Of a stretch of DNA of 64,000 nt, positions 38,205 to 47,606 are shown piece after piece. The DNA comes from Bradyrhizobium sp. Lineage in GTDB: Bacteria; Pseudomonadota; Alphaproteobacteria; Rhizobiales; Xanthobacteraceae. The notes below the pieces were generated by a model. It ran no database searches, was not told the DNA's origin, and saw only the letters and a program-made list of their open reading frames with translations. Numbering within the stretch: position 1 is the first letter of the stretch; every line of letters starts with the position of its first letter. The position numbers and the translations under genes are program-made. Location of the stretch: positions 1,032 through 65,031 of the forward strand of contig NZ_DAIDJE010000175.1 in the NCBI RefSeq assembly GCF_027451485.1, read 5' to 3'.

Positions 38205-38330
38205 TACCGAATATTGGTTTTTGTGGTGCGGCTTTCGCTCCGACGCTCCGTTGAAGCAATCGCGGCAACGTCCCAAGCTTTAAGAAACTCAGTGTCGCCA
38301 CACCCAATGCTGCAGGTCGGGCGGTGCAGC

Positions 38331-40103
38331 TCAGGCCGCGTGCTTTGCGAGTCGCCTCATTTCCTGCGTTACCAATTCGCGGTAGGGTCCCTGTCCCTGC
38401 ATCAGACGATCTGGCGATCCGTCTTCGATGATCTTGCCGGCCTTGAGAACGACAACGCGATCGAAATGGCGCAGTGTTGCAAGGCGATGAGCGATCGCAA
38501 TAACGGTTCGTCCGCGCATCAGGCGGGAAAGCGCCTCGCGGATGGCCTCCTCGGATTCGCTGTCGAGCGATGCAGTGGCTTCATCCAGCAGCAGGATCGG
38601 GGCATCTTTCAGGAAGGCGCGCGCAATAGCGATCCGCTGCCGCTGACCTCCGGACAATTTGACGCCCCGGTCGCCGACCATTGTTTCGAGGCCTTCCGGA
38701 AGCGTTTCGACAAAATCGCAACGCGCTGCGATCGCTGCGCGCAGCACTTCGTCGTCGGTTGCGTTCGGCCGTCCATAGCGGATATTTTCCAGGATCGAGC
38801 GGTGGAACAGCGAAATGTCCTGCGGCACGACTGAGATTGCTTCGCGCAGGCTTTGCTGCGTGACGCGCGAGATATCTTGACCGTCGATCGTGATGCTTCC
38901 CTGCTGGACGTCGTAAAATCGCTGCAACAGGACGAACAGGGTGGACTTTCCACCTCCGGATTGGCCCACCAGCCCCACCCGCTGACCGGGCTGGATCCGC
39001 AGACTGAACCTGTCGAAGACCGTCGCTCCGCCCGGATAATGAAAGGAGATATTGTTGAAGGTGATAGCTGCGCCACTCTTCACAAGGGGCTCGGCTTCCG
39101 GATGGTCGCAGAGCTCATGCGGAAGTAGCAAGGTGGCGAGCGCCTCGGTCAACCGCGCAACATGCTGCGTGACATCGACCAGCGCGACTGCAAGATCGCG
39201 CGTGGCACTGAGAATCGAAATACCGAGCGTGCACACCAGAACGACATCGCCGGTTGTCGCAGTGCCGCTTTGCCAAAGCGTGATCGCCCAAGCAAGAATC
39301 GCGACGGTCAGTGCAACGGTCACCGCCGCATGGATGAACCGGAGCTTTTCCAGATATCGAAGGCTGCGGCCGCGCGCCGTAAGCTCCCTCTTCACGGTGG
39401 CGTCGAAACGCTCATGTTCGAAGCTCAGCCCGCAAAATGCCCGCACCAAAGGCATGTTATTGATCACATCGACCATCTCGCCATCGACGGCTGCGGCTTT
39501 GTCCGCGAAATCGTCATGCAGCGGTTTTCCCGCAGCAGCGAGCCGAAACATTGCCACAACCATTCCGCCTGCGATGATGACCAGAACCGCGGACATCTGC
39601 CAGCTTACCGTTCCGATCAGGCTGATAGCGGCGACTGTCGCTATACAGGGCGGCAGGACATTCCAGATGAACATGTTTTCGACGGAAAAGACCGCATTGG
39701 AGGTCGCAGTGATACGGCTTGTCAGCATTCCCGGAAGCCGGTCCGAAAAATAGCTCGGCGCGTGCCCGGTCAAGTGGCGAAACATGTCCCGCCTGAGATC
39801 GCCGGTAACCCCGACAAACGTAAAGCTCGCAATCCAGCCAGCAACTCGCCACAAAAAATTGTCGGCGGCAATCAACGAAATCAACAAGGCAAACGCGACC
39901 CACACGGTACCGGCGTTGGACGGTCCGCCCGAGAGACCATCGACCAGAAACTTCACGCCGTACTGGGTGCCTACGGAACAGGCGACCGCAGCAACTACAG
40001 CCGACAGGATGAAACTGTGCGAGGCAGGCCTTTGACGAAGATAGCGCAGCACAAAAGCGAACGGGCGATGGGCGTAGCCTGAGAGGTTGTCCATGTGCTG
40101 CAA
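38331..40103 (-). CDS. ABC exporter, fused permease/ATPase (MsbA/type I exporter-like)
   Basis: 590 aa. 6 N-terminal TM segments, Walker A GQSGGGKST, signature LSGGQRQR, Walker B ILLLDEAT. The first codon of the ORF is TTG 40103. An alternative ATG is at 40094. Confidence 0.85.
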   Translation of the reverse strand: MQHMDNLSGYAHRPFAFVLRYLRQRPASHSFILSAVVAAVACSVGTQYGVKFLVDGLSGGPSNAGTVWVAFALLISLIAADNFLWRVAGWIASFTFVGVTGDLRRDMFRHLTGHAPSYFSDRLPGMLTSRITATSNAVFSVENMFIWNVLPPCIATVAAISLIGTVSWQMSAVLVIIAGGMVVAMFRLAAAGKPLHDDFADKAAAVDGEMVDVINNMPLVRAFCGLSFEHERFDATVKRELTARGRSLRYLEKLRFIHAAVTVALTVAILAWAITLWQSGTATTGDVVLVCTLGISILSATRDLAVALVDVTQHVARLTEALATLLLPHELCDHPEAEPLVKSGAAITFNNISFHYPGGATVFDRFSLRIQPGQRVGLVGQSGGGKSTLFVLLQRFYDVQQGSITIDGQDISRVTQQSLREAISVVPQDISLFHRSILENIRYGRPNATDDEVLRAAIAARCDFVETLPEGLETMVGDRGVKLSGGQRQRIAIARAFLKDAPILLLDEATASLDSESEEAIREALSRLMRGRTVIAIAHRLATLRHFDRVVVLKAGKIIEDGSPDRLMQGQGPYRELVTQEMRRLAKHAA

Positions 40104-40372
40104 GACCCTTTTCGAATTCTTTTAGGCCCGATGACGAGGCCCGGTTTTTCTTTCAGCCGATGGAATGCCGCACACCGCTTTGCGGTTCCCGCCCCGCTGT
40201 TGTCGCGCACAGCAGTTCTCACCATCAGGTGCACCGAGAACGATGTTTCCGATGAAAGAAGTACGCACCTTTCTGGAACCTCGCAAATGCGAAAACGTTC
40301 CCCTCCCGGCGCCGTCGCGTCGGGCTGCTGAGTGGGGCTGTTCATCATGACATTGAGAAGAGGGAGAGATAG

Positions 40373-41440
40373 ATGCGCATCGCGCAAGTAGCTCCGCTGA
40401 CGGAGGCGGTTCCACCCAGGCTGTATGGCGGAACCGAGCGGGTGGTACACTGGCTGACGGAGGAGCTTGTCGCGCTTGGGAACGATGTAACGCTATTTGC
40501 AAGTGGCGATTCTCAGACATCTGCGAAACTCGATGCGACCTGGCCGCGGGCACTTCGCCTGGATGGGTCCGTCCGTGACCCGAACGCACTTCACATGGTG
40601 ATGTTGGAGCGGGTTCGGCAAAAATGTGACGATGAAGAGTTCGACTTTCTCCACTTTCATCTCGACTATTACCCGTTCTCGCTGTTCCTTCGTCAGCCGA
40701 CGCCGTTCGTGACGACGCTCCACGGGAGGCTGGATTTGCCGGAGCACCAGCCGGTCTTCAACACGTTCTCGTCCGTTCCGGTAATTTCGATTTCTAACGC
40801 GCAGCGGCGTCCGGCCCCGCAGGCGAACTGGCTCCGCACCATCCACCATGGACTGCCGGAGAACTTGCTGATGCCCCGGCCGGCCAGGCCTTCCTATCTC
40901 AGCGTACTTGGCCGGATCGCGCCGGAAAAGGGTGTCGATCGCGCAATCAGGATTGCTATCCGATGCGGCATCCCCTTGAAGATCGCCGCCAAAGTCGACC
41001 GGGCCGATCAGGAATATTATGACGAGGTGGTGCGCCCCATGATGGACCACCCCCTCGTCGAATACATCGGCGAGATCGGCGACCATGAGAAATCGGATTT
41101 CCTGAGCGGCTCGCTCGGCTTGCTCGTTCCGATCGACTGGCCGGAGCCGTTTGGGCTTGTCATGATCGAGGCGATGGCCTGCGGAACGCCGGTGGTTGCC
41201 TTCAACCGCGGCTCCGTCCCGGAGATCATTGATGAAGGCCTGACCGGATTCATCGTGGAGGACGAGATCAGTGCGGTCGCTGCGGTTGCAAGCCTGCCGC
41301 AACTCGATCGCAGCAATATACGCAAGCAGTTCGAGACCCGGTTCACCGCAAAGCGGATGGCGCTGGATTACCTGGCTGCTTACAGCAGCCTGATGGAAGT
41401 CAGTGAGCCGCGGATCAAGCTTGTCAGCAGCGCTGAATAA
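40373..41440 (+). CDS. GT4-family glycosyltransferase
   Basis: 355 aa, AGGGAGAG SD. YGGTERVV N-terminus and EPFGLVMIEAMACGTPVVAFNRGSVPEII (E-x7-E) retaining-GT4 motif. Confidence 0.85.
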   Translation: MRIAQVAPLTEAVPPRLYGGTERVVHWLTEELVALGNDVTLFASGDSQTSAKLDATWPRALRLDGSVRDPNALHMVMLERVRQKCDDEEFDFLHFHLDYYPFSLFLRQPTPFVTTLHGRLDLPEHQPVFNTFSSVPVISISNAQRRPAPQANWLRTIHHGLPENLLMPRPARPSYLSVLGRIAPEKGVDRAIRIAIRCGIPLKIAAKVDRADQEYYDEVVRPMMDHPLVEYIGEIGDHEKSDFLSGSLGLLVPIDWPEPFGLVMIEAMACGTPVVAFNRGSVPEIIDEGLTGFIVEDEISAVAAVASLPQLDRSNIRKQFETRFTAKRMALDYLAAYSSLMEVSEPRIKLVSSAE

Positions 41441-41507
41441 GGCGATCTCGCAGGATACTGCGGGCCTTCCAAGCAACGACGCGTTTTCCGGTATATCGTT
41501 CAGCGAA

Positions 41508-41537
41508 GTGGCTTGGCGTCGTAGGACGCCAAGCCAC
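41508..41537. repeat. Perfect 13-bp stem hairpin (GTGGCTTGGCGTC gtag GACGCCAAGCCAC)
   Basis: Seen directly. There is no U-tract on either side, so it is not a classical terminator. Confidence 0.6.
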
Positions 41538-41684
41538 GCGGTAAAATTGCGTGTCGTATTGTAAACAATATTGAATGCGGTTACCTTCCCTTGATACGCG
41601 GCCGCATCGCGAAAGAAAGCCGCGAAGACAGAAAACATAAGGCGGCGGACTGCCGCAGCCGAAAGAAATGGGGAGGAAGTAACG

Positions 41685-42932
41685 ATGGCGAAGGCGCGCA
41701 AGGATTCCGCCTGCAAGATCACCAATCAGGCTTCATCCGGGCGGGCGAGCCGACGTCAGTTCATCGTCAGAACAGGCGGCCTGCTCGCAGCCGGCGCGTT
41801 CGGCGCGGTGCCGTTGCGCGGCTGGGCTGCCGATCCTGTCAACATTGGCGCGCTTTACCCGACAACCGGCAGCATGGCGCAGATCGGCGTCGGCTGCGTC
41901 GCCGCCGCAAAACTCGCAGTCGACATGGTCAACGAGGCTGGCGGCATCAAGTCGCTCGGTGGCGCTAAACTCAACCTGATCATTTCCGACGTGCAAAGTG
42001 ACACCACGGTGACACGGACCGAGACCGACCGGCTGATCACCGGCAACAAGCTTTCCGCAATTCACGGATGCTATGCCAGCGCCCTTACGCTCATCGCGAG
42101 CGAGGTCGCCGAGCGCGCCAAGGTTCCGCTGATCACGGGATCGAGTTCGGATCAGCTCAACAAGGGTCGTACCTACACCTTTACTCCCTTCGCACGCGCC
42201 TCGCAGTTTGCCCGCGCGCAATTGCAAATGTCCAAACTCGTCAGCGACAAGCCGAAGGTCGCGGTGATTTTTGAGAACACCGCATTCGGGACCTCGACCT
42301 CGAACGGACTGAAAGAGCTTGCTCCTTCGGAAGGCGTCGAGATCGTAATGTTCGAGCCTTACTCGGCCGGCTTCACCGACGCGAGCCCGCTGATCAACAA
42401 GGTCAAGTCCTCCGGCGCCAATACGCTGTTCTCGGTTTCCTACCTGAACGACCTCATCCTGATCGTGCGCACGGTCAAGCAGTTCGGCCTCAATATCTCG
42501 ATCAACGGCGGCTCGGGCGGATTTGTCATTCCCGACTTCTACAAGAATGTCGGCAAGCTCGCCGAAGGCTTGCAGGGTGTCGCCCACTGGAACCACGACG
42601 TCAGTGAAGACGCCCAGAAGGTGAATGCCGAGTTCAAGAAGCGCACCGGCGACTTCCTGTTCGAATATGCCGGCGGGCTGGTCGCGCAGACCTTCATGCT
42701 TGCCGACGCCCTGGAGCGTGCCGCCTCCCCCGATCCGCAAAAGGTGCGGGCGGCACTTTCCACGCTCGACGTCTCCTCGGGTTACGCGGCGATGGCGCCG
42801 GGCGGCAAGGTGAAGTTCGGTCCGGACGGCAAGAACATCTACGGCCACCCCGTCGGCGTGCAGTGGCAGCACGGCGATCTCGCCAGCATCTTCCCGAAGG
42901 AAGACGCCCGCGCGCCGATGATGAAAATCTAA
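41685..42932 (+). CDS. ABC transporter substrate-binding protein, Leu/Ile/Val-binding (type I PBP) family, Tat-type signal
   Basis: 415 aa, GGGGAGGAAG SD. SRRQFIVRTGGLLAAGAFGAV twin-arginine leader, then PVNIGALYPTTGSMAQIG typical of the LivK-like family. Confidence 0.85.
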   Translation: MAKARKDSACKITNQASSGRASRRQFIVRTGGLLAAGAFGAVPLRGWAADPVNIGALYPTTGSMAQIGVGCVAAAKLAVDMVNEAGGIKSLGGAKLNLIISDVQSDTTVTRTETDRLITGNKLSAIHGCYASALTLIASEVAERAKVPLITGSSSDQLNKGRTYTFTPFARASQFARAQLQMSKLVSDKPKVAVIFENTAFGTSTSNGLKELAPSEGVEIVMFEPYSAGFTDASPLINKVKSSGANTLFSVSYLNDLILIVRTVKQFGLNISINGGSGGFVIPDFYKNVGKLAEGLQGVAHWNHDVSEDAQKVNAEFKKRTGDFLFEYAGGLVAQTFMLADALERAASPDPQKVRAALSTLDVSSGYAAMAPGGKVKFGPDGKNIYGHPVGVQWQHGDLASIFPKEDARAPMMKI

Positions 42933-42947
42933 AGCCGGCTTCACTCC

Positions 42948-43817
42948 ATGTTTGAGACAGTGGCCCAGGCCGTCATCAACGGCCTGCTTATCGGCGGGAT
43001 TTATGCGCTCGTCAGCATCGGCGTCACGCTGATCTTCGGCGTCGTCAAGATTGTCAACTTCGCCCAGGGCGAATTCGTGATGATCGGGATGTATATCAGC
43101 TTCTTTCTTGCCCATCAGTACGGCATCGATCCCCTGCTTTCGCTCTTCGTCACCATGCCGGTGCTGTTCGTGGCCGGCGTGCTGATCCAGCACTTCCTGA
43201 TCCGCAGGGTGCTGGGACCGAACGACATGCCGCAGATCTTCCTGACGTTTGCGCTCTCGCTCCTGCTGCTGAACCTGGCGCTGATGCTGTTCACTGCGAA
43301 TTACCGCACCGTTCATACTTCCTATTCCGATGAAGCCTTTCACGTCGGCGGGCTCTACATTCCGGAGGCCAAGCTGATTGCCTTTGGCGTGGCGATGCTG
43401 TTGAGCGGTCTGCTCTGGCTGTTCCTCCACACGACCGACCTCGGGAAAGCCATGCGCGCGGCCTCGCAAAACCGCGACGTCGCCATGCTGATGGGGATCA
43501 ATCCCAATCGCGTCTTCTGCGTCGCGCTCGGGATCGCGCTGGCGCTGGCGGGTGCCGCCGGGTCGCTCCTGATGCCGTTCTATTCCGCCTATCCCTTCGT
43601 CGGGCAAGTGTTCGTGCTGATGGCCTTTGTCGCCGTCGTGCTCGGAACGCTCGGCAACGTGATGGGCGCTCTCGTCGCGAGCCTGATGATGGGCATCGCC
43701 GAATCGCTTGGCATTCAATTCGTCGGCGCCGACTCCGGCCAGATCGTGGTGTTCGGGATGCTTTTGCTCACGCTCGCTTTCAAACCGACCGGCCTCGGCG
43801 GAGGTCGCGCCCGATGA
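42948..43817 (+). CDS. livH: Branched-chain amino acid-type ABC permease (LivH family)
   Basis: 289 aa. INGLLIGGIYALVSIGVTLIFG start typical of LivH. Confidence 0.85.
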   Translation: MFETVAQAVINGLLIGGIYALVSIGVTLIFGVVKIVNFAQGEFVMIGMYISFFLAHQYGIDPLLSLFVTMPVLFVAGVLIQHFLIRRVLGPNDMPQIFLTFALSLLLLNLALMLFTANYRTVHTSYSDEAFHVGGLYIPEAKLIAFGVAMLLSGLLWLFLHTTDLGKAMRAASQNRDVAMLMGINPNRVFCVALGIALALAGAAGSLLMPFYSAYPFVGQVFVLMAFVAVVLGTLGNVMGALVASLMMGIAESLGIQFVGADSGQIVVFGMLLLTLAFKPTGLGGGRAR

Positions 43818-44797
43818 CGCACAAAACGCGCAGCGTGATCCTCCTGACGGTCGGGATCGCGGTTTTGGTCGCCTTGCCCGTGGTGGTGAAGAGCTCGTTT
43901 GCGATCGACATCTTCATCCGGATCCTGCTGTTCTCCTTTATCGGCACGGCCTGGAACCTGATGGGCGGTTATGCCAAGCAGCTCTCGCTGGGGCACGCCG
44001 CCTACTTCGGATTGGGCGCCTATACGTCGACAATTCTCGAGATCAACTACAATGTCTCGCCGTGGATCGGCATGGTTGCCGGCGGCGCGGTCGCGGCGTT
44101 GGCAAGCCTGCCGATCGGCTGGCTGTGCTTCCGCCTGCGTGGCCCCTATTTCACCATCGCGACCATCGCAACGGCGCAAGCCCTGATGCTGATCTTCCTC
44201 AAATTCCGCGATTTCGCCTGGGGCGCCGAGGGCACGACGATCCCCAATCTCGGCGCCGCGCCGCTGATGATGCAGTTCGAGAACAAGGGCTCCTACTATT
44301 ACGTCGTGCTCGGCCTGCTCTTGCTTGGACTGCTGATCACCTGGCTGATCGAGCGGTCGTGGGTGGGTAACTACCTGGTCGCCATCGGCGAGGACGAAGA
44401 TGCCGCCGAAGCGATCGGCGTCAACGCCCCGAAAATGAAGCGTGACATCTACATGATCAGCGCATTTCTCACCGCGCTCGCGGGCACGTTCTATACCCAG
44501 TACATCTACTTCATCGATCCCGCGACCGCGTTTTCCTTCAACATCTCGATCGAAGCCGCTCTGGTGGCGATCGTCGGCGGCATCGGCACGCTGTGGGGAC
44601 CGCTGATCGGCACGGTCCTGCTGGAAACCACCTCGACCCTCCTGCAAAGCTGGCTCGGGAGTTCGATCGGCGGCATTCAGCTCACTGTCTACAGCCTGAT
44701 CCTGATGGCCGTGATTCTCTGGCGCCCGACCGGCCTGATGGGCATGATCGAGGAACTCCGTCAACGCCATGCCGGCCGCGCGCCGGCGCGAGCGTAA
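43814..44797 (+). CDS. livM: Branched-chain amino acid-type ABC permease (LivM family)
   Basis: 327 aa. ATGA overlap with livH. GYAKQLSLGHAAYFGLGAY motif. Confidence 0.85.
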   Translation: MTHKTRSVILLTVGIAVLVALPVVVKSSFAIDIFIRILLFSFIGTAWNLMGGYAKQLSLGHAAYFGLGAYTSTILEINYNVSPWIGMVAGGAVAALASLPIGWLCFRLRGPYFTIATIATAQALMLIFLKFRDFAWGAEGTTIPNLGAAPLMMQFENKGSYYYVVLGLLLLGLLITWLIERSWVGNYLVAIGEDEDAAEAIGVNAPKMKRDIYMISAFLTALAGTFYTQYIYFIDPATAFSFNISIEAALVAIVGGIGTLWGPLIGTVLLETTSTLLQSWLGSSIGGIQLTVYSLILMAVILWRPTGLMGMIEELRQRHAGRAPARA

Positions 44798-44808
44798 GGA
44801 TAAAGTCC

Positions 44809-45555
44809 ATGGCAGATGCGCTCGTCATCTCCGGCCTCAGCAAGCGGTTCGGCGGCCTGCGCGCCGTCCAGGATGTCAGCTTCACCGTGAAGGAAAACGA
44901 AACCGTCGCCCTGATCGGCCCCAACGGCGCCGGCAAGACCACGAGCTTTCATCTCATCACCGGATTTCATCGCCCCGATTCCGGATCGGTAAAGGCCTTT
45001 GGCCGCGAGATTGTCGGCCTGAGACCGCATAATATCTGCGCGCACGGACTGGCCCGCACCTTCCAGGTCGCAAAGCCGTTCGGCGCCATGACGGTGCTCA
45101 GCAACGTCATGACCGGCGCTTTCCTGCGCGACAAGAACACGGCCGTTGCCCGCGAGAAGGCGCGCGAGGCCATCGACTTCGTCGGCCTTTCGCCTAAGGA
45201 GCAGACGCCGGCCAAGGATCTGACCACAATCGACCAGCGCCGGCTGGAAATGGCGCGCGCGCTCGCCACCGAGCCCAGGATTCTCCTGCTTGACGAGGTC
45301 ATGGCCGGGCTCAATCCGGCGGAGATCGACCAGGCGGTCGCGCTGGTCGGCAAGCTCTCCAGCAAGGGCCTCACCATCGTCATCGTCGAGCACGTGATGC
45401 GCGCGATCATGGCGGTGGCCCGTCATATCGTCGTGCTGGATCACGGGCAGAAGATTGCGGAAGGTTCACCGAAGGAAATCGTCGAAAACCCGGAAGTCGT
45501 CCGCGCCTATCTCGGCTCCTACGCGCATCCACCGGCTGGAGGCGCAATTGCTTAA
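44809..45555 (+). CDS. livG: ABC ATPase (LivG family)
   Basis: Trimmed to ATG 44809 (MADALVISGLSKRFGGLRAV). Walker A GPNGAGKTT, Walker B LLLDEVMAG. Confidence 0.88.
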   Translation: MADALVISGLSKRFGGLRAVQDVSFTVKENETVALIGPNGAGKTTSFHLITGFHRPDSGSVKAFGREIVGLRPHNICAHGLARTFQVAKPFGAMTVLSNVMTGAFLRDKNTAVAREKAREAIDFVGLSPKEQTPAKDLTTIDQRRLEMARALATEPRILLLDEVMAGLNPAEIDQAVALVGKLSSKGLTIVIVEHVMRAIMAVARHIVVLDHGQKIAEGSPKEIVENPEVVRAYLGSYAHPPAGGAIA

Positions 45556-46252
45556 GCTCGAAAATGTCAGTGCCAGTTATGGTTCGGTGCCGGCGATCGC
45601 CAATGTCTCGATCGAGATCGGCAAGGGCGAGGCCGTCGGGCTGCTCGGCGCAAACGGCGCGGGCAAGAGCACGACGCTGCGGGCGATTTCCGGCCTGGTC
45701 AAACTGACCTCGGGCACGGTCACCTTCGACGGCGTCGACCTCGCATCGTATCCGCCGCACAGGATCCCGGAATTCGGCATCGCCCACGTGCCGGAAGGCC
45801 GCCAGATCTTTCCGGAAATGACCGTGCACGAAAACCTCGAGATCGGCTCTTACGTGCCGAAGGCCAAGGCCGAGCGCCGGCAAACGCTTGAACTGGTCTA
45901 TGGCATCTTCCCCCGGCTCGCCGAGCGGAAGAAACAGCTCGCCGGCACCATGAGCGGCGGCGAGCAGCAGATGCTGGCGGTCGGCCGCGGGCTGATGCTC
46001 CGGCCCCGCCTGTTGATGCTGGACGAGCCTTCGCTCGGCCTTGCGCCCGTCATGACCGACGTGACGTTCGAGAAGATCGGCGAGATCCACAAGATAGGCA
46101 CCGCAATCCTCCTCGTGGAGCAGAACGTCAGCCGCGCGCTGTCGCTGGTCGAGCGCGCCTATGTGCTGGAAAGCGGCAACGTCATCATGAGCGGCACGAG
46201 CGCCGAGCTCGTCAACAACAAGCAGGTGCAGGCGGCGTATCTCGGGATTTGA
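45548..46252 (+). CDS. livF: ABC ATPase (LivF family)
   Basis: I prefer TTG 45548 (LLKLENVSASYG), with GGAGG 6 nt upstream and an 8-nt overlap with livG. GANGAGKST, MSGGEQQML, LMLDEPS. Confidence 0.85.
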   Translation: MLKLENVSASYGSVPAIANVSIEIGKGEAVGLLGANGAGKSTTLRAISGLVKLTSGTVTFDGVDLASYPPHRIPEFGIAHVPEGRQIFPEMTVHENLEIGSYVPKAKAERRQTLELVYGIFPRLAERKKQLAGTMSGGEQQMLAVGRGLMLRPRLLMLDEPSLGLAPVMTDVTFEKIGEIHKIGTAILLVEQNVSRALSLVERAYVLESGNVIMSGTSAELVNNKQVQAAYLGI

Positions 46253-46340
46253 CAGCATAAGCTTTCCAAGTCGTCCCCGCGGAAGCGCGGAGCCGGGCGT
46301 CTCCTGACCAAGAGGATCTCCCGCCAGTTGCTCCGACGTT

Positions 46341-46388
46341 ATCCCGTGGAGCATCGCGTCCAGCATCCCGTGGAGCATCGCGTCCAGC
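46341..46388 (+). repeat. Perfect 24-bp tandem duplication (ATCCCGTGGAGCATCGCGTCCAGC x2)
   Basis: Units at 46341-46364 and 46365-46388 are identical, in non-coding DNA downstream of livF. Confidence 0.9.
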
Positions 46389-46576
46389 GAGGCGTCTCGA
46401 AGGATGGGATTCATCGACACAGTTCCGCGATCTCGCGGCGTGATCCGCCCGAGTCTTGCAAGTCCTTTTGCCCGGTTAAGGGCGCAAGGAATGCCGGGCG
46501 CCAAGCGCGCCCGCAGCCTTGTGTGCAAAGGTAGAAAGCACACAAGTTAGTCACCGCAGGTGGCGCCGGAAACGTC

Positions 46577-46848
46577 CGGCATTCCCCGCGCGATGGTCTT
46601 ACGGCTTATTCCACGCTCTTCCCGGCGATCGGGCGTTCTTGTCGCCGTCACCAGTGCGATGCGTCAGCATCGTCACCAGCTTGACGTCAGCGTCGAGACG
46701 TCAGAACCACGTGGCTTCGTCGTACGCTTCGCCTGCATTCGTCCGCTGCACCAAAGCGTCCATCGCATCCCGCCTCGCGTCCGTGACGATCGCGAGCCGC
46801 CCCTTTGTAAGGCGGGACGGCGCGGCTTGTAGAGATGATTTGCCCGAC
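46577..46848 (+). repeat. Dispersed ~275-nt non-coding repeat, copy B (forward orientation)
   Basis: See copy A (28177-28453). Shadow-ORF peptides from both copies share ...RDDRE/DxPL... strings. Confidence 0.7.
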
Positions 46849-47111
46849 TGGTAAAACGGAAAATATTTTCGAGCAGGACTGGACAGATAGAATCGAATTG
46901 AATGGTTTCGACAAATTGGATTTTGCGCGCGCCTGAGAAAGAGACCTCGCGAAGAATGGTCCTTTCACCGCAGGGCTGATCCCACGACAATAGGCGGCCC
47001 GAAACCTGGCGGACCGCGCAATCGGCAGTCCTTCCAAACCCGTTTATTCCATTAGCTTTACGCAGAATATTGATTTGAACTGCCTCGGATTCCGGGCCAA
47101 GTTATCGACCG

Positions 47112-47129
47112 TTCAATTGATGAATTGAA
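47112..47129. promoter_or_regulatory. Palindrome TTCAATT-gatg-AATTGAA just upstream of iorA (candidate operator)
   Basis: 7-nt perfect arms ending 17 nt before ATG 47147, in an AT-richer stretch. Confidence 0.25.
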
Positions 47130-47146
47130 CCAACCAGGGGATCGCG

Positions 47147-47596
47147 ATGGCAAACCTCACAATAAACGGAAAAACATTCAACGTCGACGTCGAGCCGGAT
47201 ACGCCGCTCTTGTGGGTGATCCGCGAGAATGTCGGCCTGACCGGCACGAAATACGGTTGCGGCATTGCACAATGCGGCGCCTGCACGGTTCATATCGACG
47301 GCGTGGCAATGCGCTCCTGCGGCGTCACCGTCAGCGATGCCGTCGGCAAGCAGATCACCACGATCGAAGGACTGGCAGGCAACGGAGCCCTGCACAAGGT
47401 GCAGCAGGCCTGGATCGACAACGACGTGCCTCAGTGCGGCTATTGCCAGAGCGGCATGATCATGGCGGTGGCGGCGCTTCTGAAAGAGAAGCCCAAGCCG
47501 ACCGACCAGGACATCAACGAGGCCATCACCAACATCTGCCGCTGCGGCACCTTCCAGCAGGTGCGGGAAGCGATTCACGCTGTCGCGAACGCCTGA
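47147..47596 (+). CDS. iorA: (2Fe-2S)-binding small subunit of a Mo-hydroxylase (IorA / aldehyde oxidoreductase small subunit type)
   Basis: 149 aa. [11 protein letters not shown] and QCGYCQSG...CRCG double 2Fe-2S motifs. Confidence 0.88.
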   Translation: MANLTINGKTFNVDVEPDTPLLWVIRENVGLTGTKYGCGIAQCGACTVHIDGVAMRSCGVTVSDAVGKQITTIEGLAGNGALHKVQQAWIDNDVPQCGYCQSGMIMAVAALLKEKPKPTDQDINEAITNICRCGTFQQVREAIHAVANA

Positions 47597-47606
47597 GGAG
47601 GTCATC

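Noticed and set aside
28177-46848. Composite-transposon or invertible-segment interpretation of the 18-kb region bracketed by the two inverted 275-nt repeats
   Set aside because: There is no transposase or recombinase. The enclosed genes have backbone-like GC and housekeeping or catabolic functions. The repeat identity of roughly three quarters is too low for recent mobilisation as a unit.
46860-47146. Molybdenum-cofactor riboswitch upstream of iorAB
   Set aside because: There is only a vague resemblance (a CCTTTCACC string). I cannot reconstruct the Moco motif helices from memory, so the call is not supportable.
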